Counted from the first letter of the stretch, positions 31,924 to 45,493 are shown. The stretch is DNA of 64,000 nt from an uncultured Acidimicrobiales bacterium (GCA_963759645.1 CAVXAI010000013.1:289535-353534); one strand, 5' to 3'. Numbers and translations: made by a program. Notes: generated from the letters alone by a model not told the origin.

Positions 31924-33884
31924 ATGCCCATCGAGTTCGGCCGCCAAGTGTGCGGCAGCCTCTCCGAGGCGTCCGCCCGCGAGTGGCTCGTGACCGATGG
32001 TCTCGGCGGCTACGCGATGGGCACCGTCGCGGGTCTCCGCACCCGCCGGTACCACGGCCTGCTGATGGTCGCCGGCGAAGCCGCGGGAGGAGACGCGGGC
32101 GTGAGCCGGCGCATGCTCGGTCTCGCCGCGCTCGATCCGACTCTGGTCGTCGGCGACCGCCGCATCCGGCTCGCGACCGACGAGTGGGCGGGTGGTGCCG
32201 TCGACCCGGCGGGCTACATCGAGCTCGAGTCGTTCACGCTCGACACTCGGGATCCCGAAGTGGCGGTGGGTGATCGGCGACATCACCTTCGAGCGCGAGG
32301 TCGCGATGGTGCACGGTCGACCCGCGGTCGCCGTGCGTCACCGGCTGGTGCACGCCCCCGGGCCGGTGCGGGTCGAGCTCACGCCGCTGTGCACATGGCG
32401 CGACGGGCACAGCGACCGTCACGCCGGCGCGGACCCGTCGGTTGAGGCGGTGGCCGACGGCTTCGTCTTCGAGCACGCCTACCGCGTGCGCGGCCCCGAG
32501 TGGATCGCGGGCGGATCCTGGTACCGCGGCGTGCGCGCCCGGGCCGAGGCCGAGCGCGGGCTCGGCGACACTGAGGATCTCTGGGCCGCGGGCTGCTTCG
32601 CGACCACTGCTGCAGCCCGGCGAGTGCGCCGATGTCGTCGCGTGGGCCGGCGAGCTGCGATCGGCCGCCACCGCCGGCCGCGGAGATCGTGACGAGCGCG
32701 CAGGCACGAGCAGCGCGCGTCGAAGCCATGGCCCGACCCACCGACGAGGTCGATGCGCTCCTGGCGCGAGCCGCTGACCAGTTCGTGGTGACGACCGCGA
32801 CCGGCCCGTCGGTCGTCGCGGGCTATCCGTGGTTCGGTGAGTGGTCACGCGACACGATGACCTCCTACGAGGGCCTGTTCCTCTCGCGCCGGGCGGCACG
32901 AGGAGGGCCGCGATCTCCTGCTGCGTTCGGCAGCCACGTTGTCGGAGGGCATGCTCGCGAACACCGCCGACGCGGGCGGCCTCGAGTACAACACCGCCGA
33001 CGGCACGCTCTGGTTCATCCACGCCGTTGGTCGCCACGTCGCCGTGACGGGCGACCTCGATCTCCTCGCCAAGCTCGACGGCGCGCTCGACGCCATCATC
33101 GACGCGCACTCGCACGGCACCCGGTTCGGCATCAAGGTGGATCCGAGCGGACGGCCTGCTGCAACAGGGTGCGCCCGGCTGGGCGTTGACGTGGATGGAC
33201 GCTCGCGTCGACGGGCAGCCGATCACGGCGCGCTCGGGCAAGGCGGTCGACATCAACGCGCTGTGGGTCAACGCGCTCGGGACGGTGAGCGACCTGCACC
33301 GCCGACTCGGCCGGCACGCCGGTCGATGGCAGTCGCTCGAGGAGTTCGCACGGTCGTCGTTCCTCACGCGCTTCGCCCGCGCGAGACCATCTCCTCGACG
33401 TGGTCGGCACGACCGGCGCCGACGACGGAGCCATTCGGCCGAACCAGCTGCTCGCGCTGTCGCTCCCCCACGGGCCGTTTGCGGCATCGGGCGGTGGGGG
33501 ATCGCGCCCGCTCGCGATCTGGCCTCGGCCGTGGTCTCGACCTGCCGATCCGACCTGCTCACCTCGCTCGGCCTGCGTTCACTGTCGCCGCACGATCCCG
33601 CGTACATCGGCCGCCACCGCGGCGGGCCCGCCGAGCGGGACGCGGCGTACCACCAGGGAACGGTTTGGCCGTGGCTGATCGGGCCGTTCGTCGACGCGGC
33701 CTGCGCTACGGGCGAGCCGCCGGTGGACGTGCTCGACGGACTGGTCGCGCATCTCGGTGAGTTCGGACTCGGCTCGGTGTCGGAGACCGCCGACGGCGAC
33801 GCGCCGCACGGCGCGACGGGATGTCCGTTCCAGGCGTGGTCGGTGGCCGAGCTGTTCCGGGCTCGCCGCGTGCTCTCAGCCTGA
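31924..33884 (+). CDS. Amylo-alpha-1,6-glucosidase / glycogen debranching enzyme (frameshifted)
   Basis: [60 protein letters not shown] upstream. Confidence 0.9.
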
Positions 33885-34637
33885 CGGCTCGCCGCTCAGG
33901 CGCGTGAGCGCGGCTCCGACGATGCCGGCTTCGTTCAGCAGCTTGGCGGCCACGACCTCGCAACGAGGCGTGAGGAGGGGGATGAACTTCTCACCCTTCT
34001 TGCTCACGCCACCTCCGATGATGACGAGGTCGGGCCACATGAGACGTCTCGAGCTGATCGAGGTACTCGTCGACCCGCTTGGCCCACTGCTTCCAATCGA
34101 GCTTCTTGCGCCTCCCGCACGCTGTCGGCGGCGCGGTCCTCGGCGTCCTTGCCCCGTATCTCGATGTGGCCCAGCTCGGTGTTCGGGAGGAGCTTCCCGT
34201 CGTGGAAGACGGCGGTGCCGATGCCCGTGCCGAGGGTCGCGACGATCACCACGCCCATCCGTCCGGCGCCCGCGCCGAACTGCATCTCCGCGACGCCCGC
34301 GCAATCGGCGTCGTTCGTGATGGTGAACGTGCACCCCGTGGCTTCCTCGAACGCGGCGCGGGCATCGGTGCCGATCCAAGACTTGTCGACGTTGGACGCG
34401 GTGTGGACCACGCCGTGCTTCACGACAGCCGGGAAGGTGCACCCCACCGCGGCCTTCGTATCCGAAGTGCTTGACGACCTCCGCGACCGTCTTGGCCACG
34501 GCCTCGGGCGTGGCGGGCTTCGGCGTGAGGAGCCGGAAGCGCTCAGTCGTGAGCTCTCCCTTCTCCAAGTCGACGGGAGCTCCCTTGATGCCGGTGCCGC
34601 CGATGTCGATGCCGAGCTTCACTCCGGTGGTCTCCAT
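33876..34637 (-). CDS. ppgK: Polyphosphate glucokinase (ROK family; frameshifted)
   Basis: [43 protein letters not shown]. Confidence 0.88.
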   Translation of the reverse strand: METTGVKLGIDIGGTGIKGAPVDLEKGELTTERFRLLTPKPATPEAVAKTVAEVVKHFGYEGRGGVHLPGCREARRGPHRVQRRQVLDRHRCPRRVRGSHGVHVHHHERRRLRGRRGDAVRRGRRTDGRGDRRDPRHGHRHRRLPRREAPPEHRAGPHRDTGQGRRGPRRRQRAGGARSSIGSSGPSGSTSTSISSRRLMWPDLVIIGGGVSKKGEKFIPLLTPRCEVVAAKLLNEAGIVGAALTRLSGEPSG

Positions 34638-34654
34638 CGCGGCAGCGTAGGTGC

Positions 34655-35513
34655 TCACGGCCAACCGGCGCCCGGGACCTCCACGCGGACGGACTCGATG
34701 CGACCGGGTCGTTGCTCGAGCAGTGTCGCTTCGTCGCCCGTCAGGTCGCCGGTGACGAGGTAGAGCGTGCGCCGGTCGGCGCCGCCCAACATGCAGGCGA
34801 AGCACCCCCGCTCGGTCGGCGATGCGATCGGTGATCTCGCCGCCTTCGACGACCCGCACACATTGGTGATGCGTGGGATCGGCGACCCAGATGCCGCCCG
34901 CTTCGTCGAGGCAGATGCCGTCGGGCGTGACGCGATCGAGGTCGGCCCATACCCGACGGTTCGACAACGTGCCGTCCGCGGCGACGTCGAACGCGGTGAG
35001 GCGACGGCCGAAGGTCTCACCCACGATGAGCGTGGATCCGTCGGGCGTGATCACGGTGCCGTTCGGGAACATCAGGTCGTCCGCCGCTGCCGACACCGCG
35101 CCGTCAGGGGTGACCAGCGCGAGCGCCGCAGGCTTCGGTGCTTCGCCGTGGGCGAAGTCGTACCCGAAGTTGCCGACGTAGGCGCGCCCCGCGCCGTCGA
35201 CGACCATGTCGTTGCAGTCGAAGGTCGCGACACCACTCAGGTCGGCGTGCTCGACGAGGCCGCCAGGGTCGAGCCGCATGAGACGGCGGTCCTGCATCGA
35301 CACGACGAGCAGCCGGCCATCGGGCAGCCACCCCAACCCTGAGGGACGCTTCGGCACTTCGACGATCGTCTCGGCGTTGCCGTTCTCGTCCATCGCCAGC
35401 ACTCGATGCGTGTGGAAGTCGGAGAACCAGAGGCGGTCGTCGTGCCAGCGCGGGCCTTCGCCGAACGAGAGGCCGTCGAGGACGATCTGGGGAGTGGTGG
35501 AACTCGAGGTCAT
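34655..35513 (-). CDS. SMP-30/gluconolactonase/LRE family protein
   Basis: [20 protein letters not shown] and PDGICLD motifs. Confidence 0.9.
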
Positions 35514-36741
35514 CCGGTGAACAGTACGGCGGCGCGTGCCTCGGGCGAGATGGCGCCTCGTGTCCGCAGCGCGACGAGACCGGCGAGGCCCGCGGACCCG
35601 GTGGGGTCCACGTCGATCCCCGTCGTGGACCGCGCGAGCTCGTTCGCCTGCAACGAGGTCATCCTCCCCGACCGCAACCGCGGTGCCACCGGTGCGCAAC
35701 AGCGCATCGACGACCGAGGCCCAGTCGTAGGCCTCGTCATCGAGGATGCCGGTCGCGACGCTCGTGCCCGGTGGCTCCCACGGCCACATGAAGTCGCGGC
35801 GATGCGCCCGACGCGTGCGGGGCGCCTCTTCTGCGGTCCGCGTGCTCGCTGCCACGCGCGGACAAGCGGCGCGTTCACCTCCGGCTGCACGACGTGCACT
35901 GCCGGCTCACGAGGGAGGCGTCCGAGCGCCACCGCCTCGCGGAGGCCCTGCGCGACGGCCGACGCGAGCGCGCCGCCGCCCACCTGCACCACGAGGGCGT
36001 CGAGCGAGACCTCGGCGTCGGCGAGCTCGTAGGCGAGGGTGCGACCGCCGTCGATGGTGAGGCCGTTGTCGGGACCCTGGCACGAGAACGGGATCGACAC
36101 CCGCGGCGACGGCCTCGCGAAAGCGATGGACGCACGGATCGCCCGGCGGGTCAGCGGGTTCCCGCGGGCAGACGTGGAGCTCGGCGCCGAGATCACGCAG
36201 CCGCGTCGAGCACGCTCTCGTCTGCCCACGTCGGGACGAAGACCGACAGCGGCCGGCCCGCGGCACGCGCGATCACCGCCGCGGCGAGGGCGGCGTTGCC
36301 ACAGCTCGCGATCGCCAAGGGACGTGACTTTTCGATGCCGACGACGTCCAGCCAGATCGCGAGGCCCATGAGGTGGCGACCCTTGTGCGAACCCGCGACG
36401 TTGCCCGTCTCGTCCTTCACCCACGCGCCGAGCGAGTCGACCCAGCGCAAACGGCGTCACGGTGAAGCCGCGGCCGTCGACCGCCGCTACTGCGTTGTCG
36501 AGCTTGGTGACGACGTCGACGAAGTGGGCGTCGTCCTCGGCCCGGTCATACGCGGCCAGGAGCCGCCGGTAGCGCAAGAACGGGTTGGGGTCTCGCTCGG
36601 CCGGCCACTGCGCGCCGACGGGTCGAGACGGCGGACGAGGACGTGATCGACGTCGTCGGTGCCGGCGCGAGGACAGCGAAACGGCGTGGCCGATCGCGGG
36701 GGTGCGGGCCACCCACAGCCCGCACGCGATCACCATGCCGA

Positions 36742-36745
<4 letters not shown>
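35510..36745 (-). CDS. Fold-type II PLP enzyme, threonine-synthase-like (frameshifted)
   Basis: [16 protein letters not shown] (PLP lysine), [23 protein letters not shown]. Confidence 0.8.
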
Positions 36746-38242
<1,497 letters not shown>

Positions 38243-38246
<4 letters not shown>

Positions 38247-38915
38247 AGCGTGGCGGCGGCGCTCTCGTCCACGAGCAAGGTTGCGTCGGGCCGCACACGA
38301 CTCGCCGGGATGCTCGGATCGTGCGCGACGAGCTTCTGCACCATCTCTGCCTTGCCTGCCCCGCGGCGAGGAACATCACGTCCCGTGCTCGGTTCACCGT
38401 GGGCACGGTCAAGGTCATCCGCACGCGCCCGCGGTACGGCTGGGTGAGTGCGACGTCGGCGTCGTGGACATCGATGACCGGATCGCCCGGCGGCCACGAC
38501 GCGGTGTGGCCGTCGTCGCCGAGACCCAGGTGCACCACGTCGAGCACACCGTCGCCGGTGACGGCCCAGAGCGTCCGCGGCATAGCGGCGCGCGGCGTCC
38601 GCGAGATCGGGGGCGGTGACGTCCATCAGGTGCGCCAGCGACGGGAACGCGATCCAGAAGGTTCGCACTGAGATCGCCGAGGTTGCGGTCGGGGTCGCCG
38701 TCGGGGGCAACCCGCTCGTCGACCTGGAAGACGTGCACCTGTTCCCACGGCAGCGGGAGCTGTGACAGCGCGGCGAACATCGCCGCCGGCGTCGATCCGC
38801 CGCTCACCGCGAGCGTGAATCGGCCCCGGGCAGCGACCGCCGGCTTCATTCGGGCTGCGATCCACTCGGCCGCCCGCTCGGCCAGCTCCTCGTGACCGTG
38901 CACCTCGACCGCCAT
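38243..38915 (-). CDS. pgl: 6-phosphogluconolactonase (frameshifted)
   Basis: [31 protein letters not shown]. Confidence 0.85.
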
Positions 38916-39527
38916 CACGACTCCTCTGCTTCCGTGTGGAGCGCGACCACTGGGTCACAGACGTCGTTCCACCGGAGGAACACGCGGGTCTCCCTCTCGT
39001 AACCGAGCACCGACAGGGTGGCGGGCGACAGGGCGAAGAGGCGGCCTCCGGTGGGCTCGATGCCGAGCCACCGAGCGCCGAGCACGCGCAACACGTGACC
39101 GTGGGCGAAGAGTGCGACGTCTCCATCAGCGGCCACCGCGCGGTCGATGACACGGTCGACTCGGGCAGCCGACCTCACTCGCCGTCTCGCCTCCGGGCAC
39201 GCCGTCGTCCCACAACGTCCACCCGGGGCGATCGACGCGGATGTCTACGGTGCGACGACCCTCGTACTCGCCGTAGTCCCACTCCAGAAGGTCGTCATCA
39301 CGTTCGGCGACTCCCGCGAGACCAGCGAGGCGACACGTGTCGAACGCGCGCCCAAGGGGGCTCGTGAGCACCAGGGCAAAGTCACGACCGGCGAGACGAC
39401 GACCGGCTAGCTCGGCCTGCGCGCGGCCATCGTCGGTGAGCGGGATGTCGGTGCGGCCCGTGTGGCGGCCGAGCTTCGCCCATTCCGTCTCGCCGTGGCG
39501 GACGAGCACGATCTCCTTCGCAGACAC
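38915..39527 (-). CDS. Histidine phosphatase family protein (frameshift near 39170)
   Basis: RHGETEW, HTGRTD, EWDYGEYEG, FAHGH. Confidence 0.88.
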
Positions 39528-39593
39528 GCCCGGAGCCTGCCACGCGTGGTGAGGGTGCGCGACAGAGCTGCCGGTCCTGGGCGAGACTGCGGC

Positions 39594-40623
39594 ATGGTCG
39601 GGCCCCCGGCGTCGGAGCGGCGGATCGTCGCGGCCGTCGTCGCGGTGGTCGCGATGCTCGTCGTGGCCGTTCCGGTGCGGCGCGGCCCCGCGGCAGGCGC
39701 CGCCCCCGGGGCCGCTCATCGTGAATCCGGGCTCGGGCGCTGCCGGGCAGCTCATTCACGGCCTCGCAATCGATCTCGCCTTTGGCGGCGCGAGCTGCTG
39801 TGCCCCGACTGGTTCTTCCTGTTCGACGGCACGTTGTCGTCGAGTCACGACGGCAATTTCACCGCGCCTGTCCGTACCGGCTCGATCACGGTCCCGTTGA
39901 ATGCCGCTGCTGGTGCGCACATGGTCACGTCGTTCTGCACTGACGTGAACAAGAAGACGAGCCTGGTCGGGTCGGCGACCTTCGTCGTGATCATCGGGAC
40001 GACCACCACGACTACGACGATCGCGACCACGACGACAACGACCACAATCGCAACGACCACGACCGCAACGACCACGACGGCGCCAACCACCACCGCGCCC
40101 ACGACCACTGCCCCGGCGACGACGCGTCCCCGCCACGACGACGCGCCCGCCGACCACGACCGGAGCGACCACCACGGCTGCCACGACAACCGTCGCCCCG
40201 ACCACGACCGTTGCTTCCACGACGACGACCGCGAGCACGACGACGACAACCACGACTCCCGACGTCCGGGCGCTCGACGTCGAGGAGCCGACCGTCCCAC
40301 CCGGCGGCGATGCGACCGCGACCGGGCAAGGGTGCGATCCAGGAGCGTCGGTGACGCTCGAGATCGCCGGGGAGGAGGTCGGGAGCACGACGGCGGAGGA
40401 CGACGGCACGTTCGAGACCGAGATCGAGGTGCCCAATGTCGAGCCCGGTCGCGTCGAGGTGCTCGCGCGTTGCGGGCCGGTGCTCACCACCGAGCTCGAC
40501 GTCGTCCTGGCGTCCGAAGTCAGCAGCGGCACCTCGACCGTGCTCGTGCTGATGTTCTTCCTGATCGTGCTGGCGGCGCTGCTCTGGTACGGCCGTCAGA
40601 CCCGGCAGGCCGAAGGGCGCTGA
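39594..40623 (+). CDS. Surface protein: signal peptide, two small Cys-paired domains, Thr-rich linker, C-terminal TM (frameshifted)
   Basis: Hydrophobic N-terminus, long ACG/ACC codon tract (~39995-40260), and C-terminus VLVLMFFLIVLAALLWYGRQTR. Confidence 0.65.
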
Positions 40624-40656
40624 GGGCTCCGACGCGGAAGACGTACCATTTCGGTC

Positions 40657-41533
40657 GTGACGAGGACGACCGTGCCGATCCCGACCAGAGTTCTGGTGAC
40701 CGGCATGCGTCACGACGACGGGGAGATCGTCGCCGCCGAGCTTTACGCGGTGGCCGAGGCGTGCGGGCAGTCATCGGAGCAAGTGCGCTCCTGCTTGCGT
40801 CGCCTCGTGAAGGAAGGGTCTGTACGTCCAGCACGGCAAGGGACGGTCGGCGCGGTTCGTGGCCACCGAAGCGGGCGTCGCGCAGCTCGAGGCGGGCTGG
40901 ACGCGCACTCGCACCGCGTACCAGCAAGATGCGGCGGGGCGGGGCTGGGATCGCTTGTGGCACATCGCCGCGTTCGCCGTGCCGGAGAACCGCCGCACCG
41001 CTCGCGACCACCTGCGTGACCGGTTGCTCGGCCACGGCGGCGCGGCGTTGCAGGGCGGCATGTACGTGTCACCGCATCCGTGGGAGGACGTCGTGCGCCA
41101 CGAGGCCAAGCGGCTCGACGTCGACGAATACCTCACGCTCGCGACGACCGACGACCTCGAGGTCGGCGGCGTGCGCGACCCCCGTCAGCTCGCACAGGCG
41201 CTTTGGCCCATCGGCGACGTGGCCCGCGCCTACGAGCAGTTCATCGAGCAGCACCATCACGTACCCGAGCAGCTCGAGGACATGCGCCGCCGCAAGGAGC
41301 GCTTCAGCGACGACCACTTCCTGCCGTTCGCGTTCGCGATGGCAGTGGCAATGTCGGAGTGCACGCGCACCGATCCCCTGCTGCCACCCGAGCTCCTGCC
41401 GCGGCCGTGGCCGGGGCGGGCAGCACGCGAGCTCGTGTTGCGCAGTCGCCGGCTGGCGCTGTTGGTGCGCGAGGAGCACGACCGCCCCGCGCTGTTCCAC
41501 CTCTACGACCAGATGGTCGAAGGCCTCAGCTGA
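40657..41533 (+). CDS. PaaX family transcriptional regulator (frameshifted)
   Basis: N-terminal wHTH, WDRLWHIAAFAVPE, DPLLPPELLPRPWPG. Confidence 0.85.
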
Positions 41534-42194
41534 GCGACTTCCCGATCAGGTGACGCCCGCGAGGTGGGCGGCGTCGTTGTAGCGGACGAGGCGCCACCGC
41601 GGCACCGGGCGGGTTTCGGTCGGCGGCACGATCGACGAACTCGGTGAGCGAGGTGTTCTCGGTCTGCAGCGCGAACCCCCCCGCCATGGGGAGGCTCAAC
41701 AACGAGCGGAGGGCGACATCGACGACGCCGCCGTGGCAGGCGATGACGACGGTCTTGCTGTCGTGCTCGGCCGCGATCCGACGCAACGTCGTGCCGACGC
41801 GGTCGTGGAACACCGTCAGGCTCTCGCCACCGGGCGAGATCTCGAGATGGGGGTCCGACTCCATGTCGCGTAAGCCGTACGTCGCGAGGAAGTCGTCGTA
41901 GGTGAGGCCGTCGGCCTCACCGGGGTGCAGCTCGCACAGGCCCTCGTCCTCGAGCACGGGCAGATCACCCAGCGCCGGCGAGATGATCTGCGCGGTCTCG
42001 CGGGCTCGGGGCAACGTGCTTGCGATCAGGGCGTCAACCGCGTCGAGCTCCCCGGTGGCGGCCAACCGGTCGCGCAGGGCAGCGGCCTGCCGGCGGCCGA
42101 GATCGGACAGGCCGTTGCAGGTCGCGAGGCCGCCGACGAGGCCGTCCACATAGACCTGCGACTCGCCGTGACGGATGAGGACGAGGCGGGTCAC
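41526..42194 (-). CDS. Histidine phosphatase family protein
   Basis: RHGES, RARETA, PGGES, CHGG. Confidence 0.88.
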   Translation of the reverse strand: MTRLVLIRHGESQVYVDGLVGGLATCNGLSDLGRRQAAALRDRLAATGELDAVDALIASTLPRARETAQIISPALGDLPVLEDEGLCELHPGEADGLTYDDFLATYGLRDMESDPHLEISPGGESLTVFHDRVGTTLRRIAAEHDSKTVVIACHGGVVDVALRSLLSLPMAGGFALQTENTSLTEFVDRAADRNPPGAAVAPRPLQRRRPPRGRHLIGKSLS

Positions 42195-42198
42195 ACGC

Positions 42199-43620
42199 TC
42201 ACGCGAGGTTCTCGACGAACCGCTCGAGCTGGCGCAGGTTGCGGCACTCGAAGACGCCGTCGGTGTGGACGCCGTACTCGCCGATGATCGAGTCGCCCGT
42301 GTCCCAGTACGAGCGGGGCTCGGGGTTCAGCCAGTACACGTGGCGGGCCCGGTGGCGCATCTCCTTCAGCACCCACGACTGCGCGGCGTGGTAGTTGTTG
42401 CGCGCGTCGCCGAGGAGGATCACCGTCGTCTTCGGCCCGACCTCTTTGCCCCACCGCTCCCAGAACACCTCGAGGGCGTGGCCGTAGTCGCTGTGGCCGT
42501 CGACCCACACGACGTCGGCTTCGGTGTTGACACGGTGCACCGCGTCGGTGATGTCCTCGACGCCCTCGAAGAAGCGGGTCACTTCGTCGATGCCGTCGAT
42601 GAACACGAACGCGCGCACCTTCGAGAACTGGTTGCTGATCGCGTAGACGAGGTGGAGCGTGAACCGAGCGAAGGCGGCGACCGACCCGGAGATGTCGGCG
42701 ACGACCATGATCTCGGGCTTGGCCGGGCGCGGATAGCGGAACTTCGGCTCGGCCGGCACCCCCCCATAGGAGAGCGAGTGCCGCACGGTGTTGCGGAAGT
42801 CGAGCGGACCCTTGCGACCGTGGCGGCGTTTGCGAGCCAGCCGCACGGCGAGCTTGCGAGTCAGCGGATACAGCGCCCGCCGGAGCGCGGCCATCTCGTC
42901 GCGCGAGGCGTGCATGAAGTCGACGTCCTCGGGCAGCGGCTTGCGCAGGGTCTTGGCCATCGCCTCGACGCCGCGGTCGGCCACCAGGCGACGACGGATC
43001 TCGGCCTCGATCTCCTGCTTCAGCTGATTGATGCGCGTCTCGAACTCGTCGCGCTCGAGCCGCTCCTCGAGCGCCGTCATCTCGCCGCCCACCTCTTGAC
43101 GAGCGGACTCCATGAGCTTCTCGAGCATGCCGTCGAGGTCGAGGTTCCGCAGGGTGCGGTAGAGGTAGTACGTGCCGCCGACGGGACGGCCGGGCTCCAT
43201 CCCCGCGTACCGGCTGACGGCCTGGCGGGCGAGCGCCCGCATCATCGCCTCGTCGGCGTTCAGCAGCGCCCGGTACAGCATCTCCGCGAGCTGCTCGGGC
43301 GTGAGCTGGTCCATCGCGCCGCCCGGACCGCCCGCCTGCTGCTTGCCCGGCTGCATCTCGCCCCACTGGTCGCCGTCGGCGTCGGGATCGACTGCGAACT
43401 CGGGACCTCGCAGCGAGAAGTACACCTCGAAGACCGTCTCGAACGCCCGCCAGTGGGCGTTGTTCTTCACGAGGGTCGCCCCGAGCGCGTACTTGAACGC
43501 GTCCCGGTCCTCGATCGGGATGTGCTTGACGGCCTCCATCGCGTCGAGGTTCTCGGTGAGCGACACCGGGAGCCCCGCCGCTCGCAGCTCCTGGATGAAG
43601 CCGCCTAGGAGGTCGAGCAT
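42199..43620 (-). CDS. CoxE-like VWA domain protein
   Basis: MIDAS motif DISGSV, SDYG, LGDARNN, WLNPEP. Confidence 0.9.
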   Translation of the reverse strand: MLDLLGGFIQELRAAGLPVSLTENLDAMEAVKHIPIEDRDAFKYALGATLVKNNAHWRAFETVFEVYFSLRGPEFAVDPDADGDQWGEMQPGKQQAGGPGGAMDQLTPEQLAEMLYRALLNADEAMMRALARQAVSRYAGMEPGRPVGGTYYLYRTLRNLDLDGMLEKLMESARQEVGGEMTALEERLERDEFETRINQLKQEIEAEIRRRLVADRGVEAMAKTLRKPLPEDVDFMHASRDEMAALRRALYPLTRKLAVRLARKRRHGRKGPLDFRNTVRHSLSYGGVPAEPKFRYPRPAKPEIMVVADISGSVAAFARFTLHLVYAISNQFSKVRAFVFIDGIDEVTRFFEGVEDITDAVHRVNTEADVVWVDGHSDYGHALEVFWERWGKEVGPKTTVILLGDARNNYHAAQSWVLKEMRHRARHVYWLNPEPRSYWDTGDSIIGEYGVHTDGVFECRNLRQLERFVENLA

Positions 43621-43630
43621 CGGACGGTTC

Positions 43631-44585
43631 TCAGAACTCGCCGCGGAGGATCGGCATCGACGTCATGCGGCTGGTGTTCCAGTCGTACATCGACCAGCCC
43701 ACCGCGCCCTGCTCACGGGCGGCGATCACCATGCCGCGGATCTCGTCGTCGGTGGCCGTGTCGGCGATGCCGCCGATCGGATGGACGATTGCCGTCGGTT
43801 GGTTGATGTGCTGGCGGATCAAGGTGATGTTGTCGAGCGTGTAGCGGTAGCCGTCGTGGTAGCCGGACGCCTGCGTACGACCGGTCCAGTAGCCCATCGG
43901 CATCCAGACGTTGTAGTAGGGCGCGAGCTCGGCCCACGGGAAGCCGACCCAGAAGTTCGGGTTGATGATGTCCATCACGACCGGAGGCACGACGATCGCG
44001 CTCAACACCGCTGTGCCGGTCGACTGCCGCAGGCGGCGGGACAGGTCGACAAGGCGCGCGGCTGCGCTCGGCGACGTCGGGTACGACGCGCGACTCGATG
44101 TCGACGCCGATGCCGTCGAACTTGTGACCGTTGAACTCGAAGTTGAACATCGCCAGGAGGTGGCGAAGGTCGGTGTCGACGTTCGTGAGATGCGGCAGGT
44201 ACCACGCGACGACGTTGATGCCGTACGAGTGGGCGGTCTGCAGCCAGGTGCCGACGATGTTCGGGTCGGTGAGGTCGCCGGGCGACTTCTCGTCGTCGCG
44301 GGCCGCCTGGAGGTAGAGCGTCTTGACGCCCTGCGTCGCCATGTCGGCGAGCACGGCAGGACTGAGCGGCGCGGTGCGACCGTTGGTCTGGTACACGTCG
44401 AGGTAGTCGAAGGCGTCGACCCACGCGCCCAGGCCTTGGTAGGGCAGGTAGTCGGGATGCCAGGTGCCGTTGGCGTCGGGCCGGATGCCCGGGGGCGGCA
44501 AGCACGCGCTGACGAAGCACGCGACCGCGAGCACACATCCGAGCAGAGCGAGGCGCATCCTCGCGCCGCTCGTCTTCAGGCGCAT
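43631..44585 (-). CDS. Lipoprotein with putative GH18-like TIM barrel (frameshift near 44060)
   Basis: Lipobox VSAC, FDGIGVDIE, WMPMGYW, GWSMYDW. Confidence 0.65.
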
Positions 44586-45493
44586 CAGGACTTCCCTGCC
44601 TCGACGGACAGCTCCTTTGCCGCCTTGGCGATGTCGGTCTGGTACTTGAGCAAGATGTGCAACGTCTCCTTCGCTTGCTGCGCGTCGATCGAGTCGATGC
44701 CGAGCAGCACGAGGGTGCGGGCCCAGTCGAGCGTCTCGGACACCGACGGCGCCTTCTTCAGCTCGAGCTGGCGAATCGACCGCACGATGCGGGCGACCTG
44801 ATCGGCCAGGTTCTCGGTGATGTCGGGCACCTTCGTGAGGACGATCTCCTTCTCGCGATCGAGATCGGGATAGTCGACGTGCAGGTAGAGGCAACGGCGC
44901 TTCAGCGCCTCGGACAGCTCACGCGTGTTGTTCGACGTGAGGAACACGAGCGGGATCTGGGTGGCCTCGACAGTGCCGAGCTCGGGGATCGAGACCTGGT
45001 AGTCGGAGAGGATCTCGAGCAGCAGCGCCTCGGTCTCGATCTCGACGCGGTCGACCTCGTCGACGAGCAGCACGACCGGCTCGTTGGCGCGGATCGCCTC
45101 GAGCAACGGACGCGTCAGCAGGAACTCCTCGCTGAAGATGTCGTCGTGCACGTCCGACCAACCCTCGGCGTTGCGGTCGGCCTGGATGCGCAGCAGCTGC
45201 TTCTTGTAGTTCCACTCGTAGAGCGCCTTGCTCTCGTCGAGGCCCTCGTAGCACTGCAGGCGGATCAGCCTGGCGCCGGTGAACTCGGCGACGGACTTCG
45301 CCAGCTGGGTCTTGCCGGTGCCGGCCGGCCCTTCGATGAGGACGGGCTTCTGCAGGCGGTCGGCCAGGAACACCACTCCGGCGATGCCGTCGTCGGCCAG
45401 GTAGTGCACGTCGCGAAGGCCTTGACGGACGTCGGCGACGGAGTCGAACCGGTACGAGGTCCCGGGCTGCGCGCCGGGTGTTCCTGAGGACAT
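44585..45493 (-). CDS. MoxR/CoxD family AAA+ ATPase
   Basis: Walker A GPAGTGKT, RLQCYEGLD, Walker B LLVDEVD, LSEALKRRC. Confidence 0.92.
   Translation of the reverse strand: MSSGTPGAQPGTSYRFDSVADVRQGLRDVHYLADDGIAGVVFLADRLQKPVLIEGPAGTGKTQLAKSVAEFTGARLIRLQCYEGLDESKALYEWNYKKQLLRIQADRNAEGWSDVHDDIFSEEFLLTRPLLEAIRANEPVVLLVDEVDRVEIETEALLLEILSDYQVSIPELGTVEATQIPLVFLTSNNTRELSEALKRRCLYLHVDYPDLDREKEIVLTKVPDITENLADQVARIVRSIRQLELKKAPSVSETLDWARTLVLLGIDSIDAQQAKETLHILLKYQTDIAKAAKELSVEAGKS

Noticed and set aside
31923-31926. Two divergent start codons sharing one CATG palindrome (GH63 and debranching enzyme)
   Set aside because: The GH63 start more plausibly lies near 31863, and the indel-prone sequence prevents a firm call.
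39995-40260. ACG/ACC tandem repeats as a non-coding repeat element
   Set aside because: They encode the Thr-rich linker of a surface protein. The repeats at 7130-7450 and 28850-29000 are likewise coding (PAKK and poly-Pro).
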